A stretch of DNA of 63,430 nucleotides, the filler included, from Sphacelaria rigidula (lineage: Eukaryota), in the NCBI GenBank assembly GCA_964200075.2. It is 4 parts of 4 records of this genome, joined end to end, with 100 filler letters (N's around TTAATTAATTAA, not from the genome) between each part and the next. Parts side by side here need not be neighbours in the genome. Positions count along the whole stretch, not along the records: positions 31,767 to 47,548 come from CAXNAA020001596.1; positions 47,649 to 63,430 come from CAXNAA020001597.1; 2 more parts are not named here. One strand, 5' to 3'. A program made the translations under genes and the position numbers. Under the pieces are notes generated by a model. It was not told the origin of the DNA, ran no database searches, and saw only the letters and a program-made list of their open reading frames with translations. Of this stretch, positions 36,788-49,085 are shown piece after piece. How positions within the stretch are numbered: the first letter of the stretch is position 1; each line of letters opens with the position of its first letter.

Positions 36788-39700
36788 ATCCCTGCCGGTC
36801 CGGCGGCAATGCAATTGGTCCACGTCGACTTGTTTGTCGTGGAGGAGGCAGTCTTTCACGTGGCCTCCAAAGGCAGGCAAGCTGCAGTGCTGATGGCTTG
36901 CTTCCAGTTACGATTGCGATTGGGTTACGACTCTTAAGCAGATATCGCCAGGGTCTAGCATAGTGATGGTCAGCAAGTGCAGGTATGCTTCTGTGGACGT
37001 CATCGAGAACGTGTCCTGTTCCATAAGCCGACATTTTGAGGCAATTTGTATCGCTGTGCATCGGCGGCCTGGTCGGCACAAGAGGAGCAATGGTGTAATA
37101 ATCATGGAAGGCCACGTGTCCGAAAATGTGTGGACGTGAGCGGCGGAAGAAAGATTGACGAGAGTCGACGCGGTGCGGCAGTGATGATGGTCATGATCCA
37201 GTCCGCAATCCCAACATGTTGTGCGTGTGCCGACGGAGAAGTGCGTTGATGCCTTCAGTCTATGGGCTCGTCCCGGGGAAGGGGACGGGGTAAAAATTAG
37301 ACAAAAATATATATACCCAACCCCCCTCCCTCGCCGGCCGCCTCCGTACCCCGTACCCCCTCTTGCCCCGTTGGTGCAGATGCCGTGATAGGATCGCTGC
37401 GTTCTCGCGGAGCTTCGAGGAGAGGGGTGAAACGGCCCCGTTCCTCTTCCTTGTAAATATTCTCATACCCGGCACGCCCATCGTGAGCTGTGTCATGTAC
37501 TGGGCGCTTCTGGATGAAGACGATCTGCGAGCGGGTAGCGACGGCGGCAAGTTCTTGGACATGATTGGAAGGTACGTTTGTGTGCCAGTCACCGAGGCGG
37601 ACGGAGCAGATTCCTAGGGGGGTAGAGCTGGGATGTGAAGATATTTGCCACACGCTTCTTGAGAGCACACGGTGCTTCACGCTACGAAGCTGTAGGTTCA
37701 TTTTTATTTATACCGTGCTACTCTTGAGAAACGGATATGTCGATGCGGATCGTGAAACTGTTCGCTTTCATCGCATCGGAGTTTCGCCTCGTTAAATTCT
37801 TCGGAATGCTCGGTCGTGGCGTCGGGTTCTTATTTCCATGGTTGGTGGCTCATACACATGATGATCCATTGGCGCAGAATAGGCGCGACGAGGGTCCGTG
37901 TTGTGGGGATCACAGGCACAGAACACGCACTCGTGCTAGTCCTGATTCCGTGGCAGGGGTTGAAGGAACCTTGGCTCAATGAGGGGAATTCAGATTTCTC
38001 GAAGCTCGTGTCATCTTCGTCTCGAGTCAGTACAGCGGAATGGGCCTCACTCCTTGGCTCGGTATCAATGAAACAGAAAACAGTGTTGTGGTGAGGACGA
38101 TTGGGAAATAAGTTACTCGTCGATGGCTGCCAAATTCTTGCGATTTTCGATCTTGACGGGCACTCTCTGACATTGCTAGAACAACGACCTGTACGATCTG
38201 ATGCCGACGACTCGAGGCCTCCGCCACCTTCTCCCTTTCCGTCACTTTCCGTTTCATCTCTACGTGAAAGACTGCTCTTTTGTGCGGCATTCAATCGAAC
38301 CAATCGTTCGATCTCGATTTTACCGTATTTTGCCACCGCAATTATGCCAACATCCACCGGCCACTCGGGGTATAAGCTCGTGTACACACCTCGGGTGGTT
38401 GAAGGGTGGGAGCATCTCTCCAACTCACCCGACGAACGCCGTGCGTGTGCAACATATGCGCTCGCCGCAACCTTCGTACATTACGTCATCACCTAGGTAC
38501 GCTCAAGTACCGGGTTCGAGATACTCAAGGCTGGACAGGAGACCCCAGCCACTCTCCTCCAAATCAAACGCACCGTCAGCCGAAGGTTCGCCCGCCCCTT
38601 CCGTTACCCATGAAAACGAAGTCGAAGATCCGCCGACGGGAACAGGGGCTTTAGCCGGTGACCCCGGAGGCACCGAGACTTCTCATCGTGTTGGAGATTC
38701 GGTGGCAGGATCAGGTTCCCTGTCTGATGGATCTGGGTCCCTGAGAAACGGATCTGGATCTTCAATGGAGACGTCCAGTGCTGCCGGGGGGGCAGCAACG
38801 CAAAGCAGCGGGGATGCAAACTTGCGGGTGGGAGGTGGAGAGGCCGACGCTGCAAACGAGGGTGAGGGTGACTCATGATTTGTGCTTTACACACGTCTAG
38901 CGAATCTTTCACACGTCGGACAAATCATGACTTACCCCAGTTATGCTGTATAACTCACCGGCCGAAAATATGCACCGCTATGTCATCTTCTTATACTCAC
39001 CTTACCAGAATGTGCACCGCTGAGTTGTTTTCTTTAACTCACCTGGCCATAATGTGCACCGCTGAGTTATCTTCTATAACTTACCCGGCCAGAATGTGCA
39101 TCGCTGAGTTATCCTTTATAACTCATCTTACCAAAATATGCACCGTTCAGTTCTTTTGCATAACTCACAGCTGAGTTATCGGAAAATGAATCATGCAGTA
39201 CAATTCACCCGACCGGAGGTATGTGAAACGTAGGGGTCAACATTAGTCACTTGTGTAAGTGGATACACGTGATCACGTGACACATCTGCCGTTACGGTAC
39301 GTGTGTCGTGAGAAACCTCGCGGGGGAGATTCGCGTGGTGAAAAAAAGTAAAAACTGCCGCAGGTGTAACATGAAAACATATACTGGTACAGAAGTGAAG
39401 ACCTGGTCATCTGATGTACGTACGAACGCATAATTTTGACACTTGGCGTGTGCGTGGCAACGGCTGTCTGTGTGAGCGCTGTCTCTCCTGGAACACCTTT
39501 TCCGACCCCCCGCAAAAGCTCCAACTGGTGTCCAACTATTATAGAGGTCTGGGCTGTCGTGTCGACTGTACGAGTACATGATGCAGGACCGTAACAAGAG
39601 GGGCAAATATGTCGTCTTTGTGTACAGATGTAACTCAAACACATGAGTGAGGTCCCGCTCGATCAGTTACTGTATGTTTTATATGATAGTATACCTCACC

Positions 39701-42700
39701 CGTCCAGAGTTTGCAGCGATGAGTCATCATTTATAATTCACTTGATCGAATCAAGCACCGCTGAGTTATCTTCTACAACTCACCCGACCAGAAGGTGTAT
39801 CGCTGAGCTGTCCTCTACAAATCACCCGACCAGAAAATGCACCGCTGAGTTATGCTATATAAGTCACCTGACCAAGATATGCATCGTAGAGTTATCCTCT
39901 ATATTTCACTCAGCACGAATATGCACCGCTGAGTCATCTTCTATATCTCACCCAGCCAGAATGTGCACCGCTGAGTTATGCAGTATAATTCACCCAGCCA
40001 GATTTTGCATCGTTGAGTTGTCTTCTATAACTCACTCGGCCAAAATGTGCACCGCTGAGTTATGTTGCTCAAAGTCACGAGTGAGTTATGATGGGAAGAA
40101 AGTCAAGAACTCGTGTTGACGTGAGTTAACTTGTCCGACGTGTGAAATCTTTTGATGGTGCTTGCTGCCTGTGTATGCTGTATTGTACTTTGCGAACTTG
40201 TTGGTTGTGCAGGTCCCTTGATCGAGGTGTGCCCGTACTCTTGTAGGCGTACGACTTGGCTGATATCTAGTATATGTCTGGATTCGCCGCCACTTGTACC
40301 GTGGACCATAACCCTTGCCTTCAACAAAGGCGAGGACTCTCGGTTATTGAGGGGTCCGTCCTACCTGTACTGGTAAATGGCAGTTTGGTGTGCGCGGGTG
40401 GGCCCCGCGCTTTGCGAGCGTCATGTCCTGTGCTGGATCACAGTGGCCCGCGCACCGGGGAAAGCAACCAAACTGTTCGCTTCTTTTTTTTTGTCGCATT
40501 TAGAACCCGTCCCCTTCCTCCGCAGGAGTTCGTGGTCTCGAGATAACAATGAACCCGTCTGTCCCTAGTTATGGTACACGCCTTGCGTTTTGGTCTGGTG
40601 GATTGGATCATGACTGCCATGACTGTCAGCACTCCCGCACCACGTCGACTCACAGCACACTCAGTCAAATACACTTTGTTTACTCACGTAATCACGCCTT
40701 CGACGGTGTAAACCAGATACTTTGAAGAAAAAATCGGACGAATCGGGAAATTGAACCTACGTTCTCTCCACCATAGTGGTGACCGTCGAACCATTGGACC
40801 GACGGGGCGGGACGACTGGAACCCAAAGACACAAGGAAGGCGTCTGATCTACCTGTAGTGAAATACTGCTGTGTGCCGGGGGCTGTTCTCCGAGAGGCCC
40901 GGTTGATGCCATGCTCATTTCCCTGAAAGTAGATCCCTGAGTTTGGATGCTATTCATATGGTCACTCGGGGGAAAAGATGAAGGTGAGTGTAACTCACGT
41001 CATCAGGGGGGGAATGAGGGCAGCCTCTGTGCAGATATACGAGTCATGCCGGTTATTTTTCAATAGCCCGCGCTTCATTTAATGAGTCCAACTCTCAGGC
41101 GTGGGGCCGTGACTCAGTACACTCGTGATACGATGTTTGCACACGAAGAAGACAGAACATTAGTACAGATCAATTCACACCCCGAAAATTATATAGTCAA
41201 TGGTTGCAATAGAACAAAATTGTACGTCGTAAGGTATAGGTCTATTGCAACCATTGACTTTTGACCATATGTTGTCCAGGGTGTCAATGATTTTCAACCT
41301 TTGTGGCCACCACCGCGTCACTTGTATCATTTTTTTTGCGTGTTCGCTAGATAGTGTGTGTGTACAAAAACGATGAACTCGCGCCATGAGCTGCGGTCGG
41401 GTAAATCGAAGAGTACCCAGCCGCGTTAGGCGTTGCTTTTTTGGAGGAGACTCTCGTGCATGGTGGAGCTGTACGTACAATATGTAGAACGCGGGTGTAC
41501 CAACACATGTCTTCGATCCGTTTGGCGGTTTCGCCGGAGCAAGAATGTATACGTGCGGTATGCTGTATGCTGCACAGTGCATGCCATCCTGGAGGAAACC
41601 CTCACACTCTGTAAATTGTGTCGGTACTCCGCACGCTGTGAAGCCGTGCATCTGAGATATTGACCAACCATGCTTACGCACAGGATAGTCGTACACTTTT
41701 CCGGGGCTGGTCGATTCGTTGACCCTTTGACTGCGAGGGTAGGTCACCTGCTGAATCGTCGAGGCGGCCTAGAGTTTTGGTCGTGTATCTATGGTTAATT
41801 TTTCGAACAAACTAACAAAAACGCAAACCCTAACCCTAACCCCGATCCAAGGCGTACGAGACTCTCGGGCAAGGGAGGTGCATAAGTTTCCTTAGGCAAA
41901 GTCTGCGTTGGCGCACCTGATATCGACGCCGCAGGCGCCGATTTCGACAAAAACGCGTTCTGGACGAGCTGGGTCCACTGCTCACCTGTCCCAAACCATG
42001 AATTTTCTCAGAGAATTCTCAACTCTAAAAACAAGTAGTCATGTTGTCAACCATTGATATACGGCCAAAAAAAACTCCAGGTCTACTGGAATCGACGTCA
42101 ATTTCACTCGAAAAAAGTACGTATGATCTGGAGAGACTACCCGCATCGCGGTCTGAGGGAAGTCGCCAACCCAACCCAACCCAACCGTCCGCCCCATGGT
42201 GGTCGTAAAGGGGAGTTCATGCAGTGTTCGTTGTTTCTGTCCCTGTGCTCGCGATGTTGTCCGCTATGCTTGTCTTCCGCAATAGGTCCAACCGATGAAG
42301 GCGTACTTCCAGGGGATGACTTTCGGAACGAGAGGTGAGAAAATATGAGCACCGTGGTCGTGGTTGCGGTAATTCATTTGGCCGATCGTTTTCGAGATAA
42401 GAGAGGTGAATACGCAAAAAGCTTGGATCTCCACACACGCGCATAGCCTCCGATTCTCCGTGTGCTGGACTGCGAGTTATACCACCCTGCGTAGTCCTTG
42501 ATGCTCTCGATAGTTGGATATATCCGTTCGGAGCGCTCACGGAAGCCGCACATCCCGAAAGAGCCCAGGGTTGACTCGGACATCTTGCGAAGTGAAGACA
42601 ACGACGGTGGCAACTGTATTTTTACTGACATTTCGAGAGGGGAAAGCGGGGGGCATATGGTTGTATCACAAGGGTCGAGTAACGGGTGATTATATGTAAT

Positions 42701-44336
42701 CCACCATGATGCATACACAGCGCGTGTCGTCCTCTTTCTCACATATCCCATGATTATGTCCGTCATCCGCGATCACATATGCGTACACTCGAGTGCGCAG
42801 ATTCAAACTCATCCCGAGCATTGTCGAGGGGCCTTTCATTGTACGGAAAGCCGTGGGAAACAAACCGGCCCTGTTGGGCCACAAGCTTCGACAGCGTTAC
42901 TTCCGGGGGCCGGGCTACGTGGAGACAGACGTCGGTGAGCAGCCGAGCTCGACGGCTGAATGAGCATCAGTTTCTGTCAAGTCGAAATTTTGTCCCACGT
43001 CCCCACCGTCTCAGATTTGAGTGACGTTTTCTTGTGTCTGAAGTAGCGGACGAAGAGCTTTAGGACATGAACACTTGAGGGGGGCGCTTAAGTTATTGAT
43101 AGTCATTGATTTATGGTCGCTGAAGATAAAAATCACGGCTTCACAATGCGTACTAGTGACAGCAGAATGGCTTTTGGAGGCATTTGGGCCAGATGGTGGA
43201 GCGGTATGCTTTCTACAGCGGTACGGCGGTCTTGCAGGACCTCATGGTTTTGCGCCTGAACCCCTCCCCTCCGGTTTCAATGTCTCGCCCTATCCCTCTG
43301 GCCTGTTTGTATTCCCATTGTTGTTTTCGTACGTCGTTTACGGTGATATCAGACGTGGGCAGCTCCATGGTGGCGGCGAGGATTGTATCGCTGTGTCGCG
43401 GGTATGCTCGTTGCCTGACTGTGGAACTGGGAGTGTGTCTGGAGGGCAGGTGAGCCATAATTTTTTCACATACTTCGAGGTCGGAGAAACTGCTCGATCT
43501 ATCAACTACACCGTCCACGCGCCGAGCAGGCCTTGCCGACAGAAGAGTGTGCCAAGGATACGTTCGATTGGTGTTCGTATGTACGCGGGAAAACGTGAAC
43601 GCGTGGGTGTAGCACGAAGGTGAGCGTGCGTCCCAGGGGATCGAGTATGCATGTAGTGATCGCTGTCTGTATGATGTCATGATCTGATATATCAAGTGCC
43701 GTCGATGCGACTTGTGGCCGGACCCTCAAATCACCGAGTCAGTTTTTCTTCCCGGGCCATTTCTCTCACTAATGTACCAGCAGGTTGTGCTCTTCACAAC
43801 TCTAACGAGCGGCGTAAATGCTGTGAATGAGTCAGATATATGATTTGTATCGACGGCGCCTGTCATGTTCCACGTGTGGCAACTGGATGCACCGTATACG
43901 TAAACATACAAACCAGTCGCCGCATACCGACCAAAACGTTGACCGCCCACACACAGCGCGCTCTACTCAATTTCAGAAAAATCACCGTGTGAGCTGAAGC
44001 TTGCGGACTTTAACACGGGTCCTCCTACTGACGCTCGAACAACAAATAACAACAAAAACTAGATGCGAAGCCGAGTTACCGGAGAAGTGCATTGGCGTTG
44101 CCAGACTCATCAATGTGGACTTCGAGGGGGCTGAGCCTCTCGACGTGTCAGCGGCGGAATGTCCACTCGCGCAGGGGTCGTGTTCAGCAGTCGACGGCGA
44201 TGGCAGGAAGGACGTTGCTCCGGCGGAACTCTCGAACATGGCCGATTCAGGTTGCACGGATCGATCTCCTGTTTCGAGCCCTGCGCCCGCGGAACCCGAG
44301 CAATTGCGACGAGCTGCCGCGACGACCAGCGCCTAG
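36788..44336 (+). CDS. EDR2 C-terminal domain (DUF1336) protein, 5'-incomplete; exons 36788-36876, 37380-37571, 38497-38861, 42286-42334, 42801-42934, 43353-43449, 44063-44336
   Basis: All junction phases agree. Product has IPAGPAAMQLVHVDLF...HVA, FLFLVNILIPGTPIVSCVMYW, DDFRNERFKLIPSIVEGPFIVRKAVGNKPALLGHKLRQRYFRGPGYVETDVDVGSSMVAARIVSLCRGYARCLTVELGVCLEGRCEAELPEKCIGVARL; stop TAG at 44334-44336. Confidence 0.92.
38910..40144. mobile_element. 1235-bp non-autonomous DNA transposon: 14-bp TIR, 8-bp TSD, 42-bp subterminal repeats; intronic
   Basis: cacacgtcggacaa / ttgtccgacgtgtg; flanks gaatcttt and aaatcttt; arrays of gctgagttatcttctataactcacccggccagaatgtgcacc at ~38935-39180 and ~39690-40065. 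Confidence 0.85.
41195..41259. repeat. 65-bp foldback with perfect 19-bp inverted repeat
   Basis: agtcaatggttgcaataga / tctattgcaaccattgact. Confidence 0.7.
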
Positions 44337-46341
44337 CACCGCATCTTGCCGCTACTGTTCACCTTTACACCATGCTGCACGGCGACGCATACTATGGGGA
44401 CAGGCTCGACCGAGACTCTTTCTGACGATTGCGGTGTGGTGGCTGCTTTGGTGTGATGTCGGTGGCCAAATACGGGGCGCTCTCATGAGGAAACATCCGA
44501 GATTCGCGTGGTGAATGTTTTTTTTCTCCCGTTGGGCGTGGGGCGTGCTGTGCACCGACTTCTGCCGGTCCAGCGCGGTCGTCACACAAAATGCAGTGAA
44601 GTATGCACTGGCCGTGAATACTGGCTGGAGTCGGGTATGAGGGAGGTTAGTGGTTTTGTGTTGTGTTGTGTTGCAGCGCATTTCGCAAATGGAAGTGCTA
44701 CTGTCTGTTTGTCGCGGTATTAGAGAGCGAAGTTAACAGCAATGCGACGGTAGAGGTGCACTTTTTCTTTTTGAGGCTATTCGTTGAAGGAGCCTCTCAA
44801 TGACAAACATCTGGGCCGTAGTGTGCAGCCTCGGAAACCATTTGGACTGAAAAATGCACCCCTACCGTGGCATCACTCTTGACTCGAAGGTCCTGTTTGT
44901 TCGAACGAGTGAGTCATTGGTGTGGGTAGTAGTGACACAAAAAGTGGTGTGATCGAGTGATGAAGTGATGAAGCGATGGAGAAATGAGGAACGGTCACTG
45001 GGTCTTGGGTACGACCTTGTATGACCTTGCGGACGTCTGGCACCGGTTTTACTGTGTTTAGATGGTACGAGCGATGCCGTGCAGCTGGCGTCAAGCTCTT
45101 CGTATGAGTTACCCTCAGTAGCGTCTGTTTGGTGTTTCGCGCATTGTCCAAATGCTGTGAAAATGTGCCGTGAATCAGTGTTTCGGTGTTCAAGATCCTC
45201 GTTTAAGTGATGATCACCTCCCGCGTGATGGACTGGACATCTATTATGCCGTTATTTGTACAGCTACTACGAGTATAGGACTTGAGCAGAGGAGGACGTT
45301 TTGGGGGCGCAATTTGTACATGTAGACCTGACGTATCCCGCCTCGTTTAACGCGGATGTGCCACGGAATACGTGCGTTCTAGTCATTTTTAGATACCATC
45401 ATACTCGTCCGCAGCTGTTGATGCTTTTCACAACTTACATGCTATTTGTGGTGACTTGTTGGGCTTGTGGTGGGGCGTGATGACATACTGATGCTGCACA
45501 CCTTTTGTTGGGGCTTGAGCTGAGGCTGTTTTTCTTGGCGTGAACAAGGGTGGAGGCCACGTACCTTGTGCTACCTCGTTGTAAATGGATGGACTCATTG
45601 TGGGGTGTCGAGGCTATCGGGCCGCTGACACAGCAGTAGTGGCACGTTCGCGTCAAATACATACTCTTGTACAGAGTGCGTGAACGAAATAAGCAGTAAC
45701 CAATGATGGCGTGTCTCATCACGAACAGCGTTGAGTATGCATCTCTGTTTTCAATACTTGACGTCCCATTCCAGTACAGGATGCGCTAACTTGTCAGGGT
45801 ATACCGTAGGTACCCGCCCATTCAGGGTACCAGGTCACTGACTACTATAGCTTTATGATACTAATATTATATTATACTATACTTTTTATAGTATTACATT
45901 ATTATTATTACACTATTATTATGCTAGTGTAGTGGCGATTGATGTTGCTGCCGACACATGGAGTGAAGAGCTGCCGAGAGGTGCTAGTAACTTCGATGTT
46001 CCATGAGTGCAGGCTGTTCTCAATCCCTTGCCCGCTAGTGTGAGTCATCTACTGAATCGGCATCATCTGTCTCCGGTTGAAGAATGACTGAGACGCAAAT
46101 GACCACCTACCCTGGTGGCCGAAGGGCAAAGTGCGACAAAACGGTATCATTTTTGTTTTCATACAGTATTTATTATTTTCCATGCACATTCATTCACCAT
46201 TTTTTTCTTCAATTTAAAAGCGTGCATGCCTTTAGTTTCCATCGCATCGTTCGTTCCTATTTCCGCGTTTGGATTGCGAAGCACCCCCGAAGACCAGCGC
46301 CGTTGCTTCATGCAGTTTGTGGCACACGGCCGCCATATTTT

Positions 46342-46547
46342 CACACGTCAGACAACTCAACTCAGGTCAAGTCGACTTAACTATTTTCCCCTTTACCCAC
46401 CTGTGAGTGACAGTGACATAACACAGCGGTGCACATCCTGGTCGGATAGAGTTATACTACGTGGTATGACATAGCTCATCGGTGCATATTTTCGGCCGGT
46501 GGTGAATCCAACATGACTGAGTAAACTCAGAAGTTGTCCGACGTGTG
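46342..46547. mobile_element. 206-bp member of the CACACGTCGGACAA family
   Basis: cacacgtcagacaa...ttgtccgacgtgtg; flanks catatttt and catacttt; contains degenerate reverse-oriented 42-bp units. Confidence 0.78.
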
Positions 46548-47548
46548 CATACTTTACAAACCATGACCACGCTGCATGTAGATGAGACTGTGAAAGTAGG
46601 TCTCGAACAATGTTCTCAGCGTATATCTATGTGAAACTGCCGTTGTTACTTTTTTATTGGTGAGGGGAATGTCTTCGGAGCGCGAGACAAGTTTCCAAAT
46701 GTACGTTACCCTTCGTGAAACTTTTAGTATAAAACAAGTATCTGAAGCCTTACATACATATATTGGTATGATGTGTGCCCAGTGACCGACTGCAAAATAT
46801 ATAAATCCCGTGCTGTTGTCGTGATTAAATATTTGGTGAAGTTAAATTGCAAGAATATTTCCATACAGTACTCGTACCGCACGAGGCGCACATTCACGGT
46901 ACCGTATGTACGAGTATGTTATGGCATTTTTGACAAACAAGTCTACAACTACTGTAAGAGTGGATTCTCCAAAATGAGGTTGAAAAACAAATGAGGTTCA
47001 ACTCAATAGCTTTGCTCTCCCTGACCTAAAGTCATGACAAATTACTTTCATAAAGACGACCCTATCCCTCCCGACCTGCCTACAAGTATTTCGGGGGATT
47101 TCTAGCCTTCCGTTCCCCCAAAGGGTATGTGCGAAAGTACGATTTTTGGGCCAAAAACGCCCTTTTTTCAACCCGAAATCGAGGCACAAGTGTGCTTTCT
47201 CACATACGAGCTGGGCCAGCCTAGATGCAGATTTGAAGTTTACAGGCGAATGCGCCGGCCAATATTTAGAGTTAGAGCGTAAAATTTGGTATGGGCAATG
47301 CATAGGGTAAAAAATAATGATACACAAGCACCACAAGTTTTCTTTTTCTCGTGTTAATGACATTTTACTGATACCTAAAACTGAGTTTTGCCCTTGACTC
47401 ATGAAAAAAAAACGTTCTGGTCCTTGTGTATTTTTTTTCGATGCCCTATACATTGTCCATACCAAATTTTACGCTCCAACCCTAGGTGGTGCTGTATGAC
47501 CATTTTTTTCGTGACAGTTTTGGGCTGGTTTTTTCGGTGGGGGGGGGG

Positions 47549-47648
47549 NNNNNNNNNNNNNNNNNNNNNNNNNNNNNNNNNNNNNNNNNNNNTTAATTAA
47601 TTAANNNNNNNNNNNNNNNNNNNNNNNNNNNNNNNNNNNNNNNNNNNN
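47549..47648. other. Artificial contig spacer
   Basis: N44-TTAATTAATTAA-N44. Confidence 0.97.
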
Positions 47649-49085
47649 CTGTGGGGGCCGGGGGGGGGGGGGGTCGGCGGACCCGACCTTTGAGCACGCG
47701 TTGATTTTAACGGCCAACAATGAGTGAGTTCTCAGTAAAGCACATCTAGACCGCCCCCAGCCCTTGCGTTCCGAACCAGACCTGCCGCCGTGCGTACCTC
47801 GACCCCGAACACCGAAAGCTCGATGGCTTTGCTTGCATCTTGTACGTTCTGCCCGCTGCTGGACGCCTGTGTGCGGCCGGGGTGCGCGGCAGATGGTTGA
47901 TAACAGCGTGGAGTATCGGCAGGGGCGAAATCAACGGCTTGCGGTAGAAGAGAGCTGTGTCTAGAAGTGGCAGTTATAAAAAATAAAGCAACTCATTTCG
48001 AGGCTGTCATTCATATGCAAGACAATCAGTACGCTTCGGGCAGAACAATCTTAGCAGGATGTAGCTCACCCTTCATGCTACTCGCCGGAAACATCACGGC
48101 GCTCCGCGCTTGGTGATTGATATCGAACCTGGTCCGGCGAAACCCGGCGTGCTTCGTCCCGGCTTTGTAGGAATGCGAGGTAAATGGTCATATAGCTACG
48201 GTATGCAGCATTATGAGTACAACCCCCCCCCCTCGATGCTCCGGCGAAAGGGATAGCGTGGTCACTGGTCGAACGAGTGCGCCCGCCTTCCCCCCCCCCC
48301 AGCTCTCCCGTGAGGTTGGGCGTCGGTGGGCAACGACACCTTACATGACGCCACTCAATGCGCAAGGTGGGCACCCAGATTATCGCTTGGTTCGCTTGTA
48401 TTTTCTTTGCGGTGGCAATGATGGTGGTGGAGTTATCATCACAATGTGCGGGGTGGGAGAACCTCAACTACACGCACAAAGAAGTTCATCCTACTACGTG
48501 GCGTTAACCGGTGGCTGTCGCTGGAAGTGGCGACACAAGAAAGGGACGGAGCTTCTTCGAGGCTGTTATTTACATGCAAAATTACAAAACTTCGGGCCAA
48601 ACATTCCTAATAGGATGCAGCTCACCCTTCACGCGACTCGCCGCGCACATCACGCTCTATCATGGCGCTTCGCGCTTCATGACTGCGAGCTGATCCGGTG
48701 ATCACCCGGCGTGCTCCGTCCCCGTCTCATGACCACGGAGCGCAGAATCATGACCACAATCCCCCCCTCCGCCGGGAGTGCTTACGGTGAAAATTCGTTC
48801 CAGTGACGAAAGTGTTACGAAGACGTAACATATTGTAACCTACGGTTAGACATCAGTCACACTCACGAGCAGCTTGATCTAGGTTGTCGAGACTCGGGTA
48901 TGAACTAGGGAGGTCGAAAACAAATCTCAATCCATACAAGGGCACATGCAGATAGCCGAAGCTGACGGGCTTGAAAGACAGGCGAGAACAGAGATGCCTC
49001 AAAACCATCATTATTTTCCAATGGAATCATATATAACCCCTTCAAAATGATAAAATTCGCCTTCCATTCATCGAAACCTTCTCAC

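Noticed and set aside
38935..40065. 42-bp palindromic arrays as CRISPR, or ORF 39643-40119 as a repeat protein
   Set aside because: No unique spacers, no cas genes, eukaryotic intron; bounded by TIRs and TSD. The ORF is open only because 42 is a multiple of 3.
40330..40376. LLRGPSYL, similar to the N-terminal RGxxYL motif of DUF1336
   Set aside because: It lies downstream of where that motif belongs and its exit phase does not fit the next firm exon; treated as chance pending RNA data.
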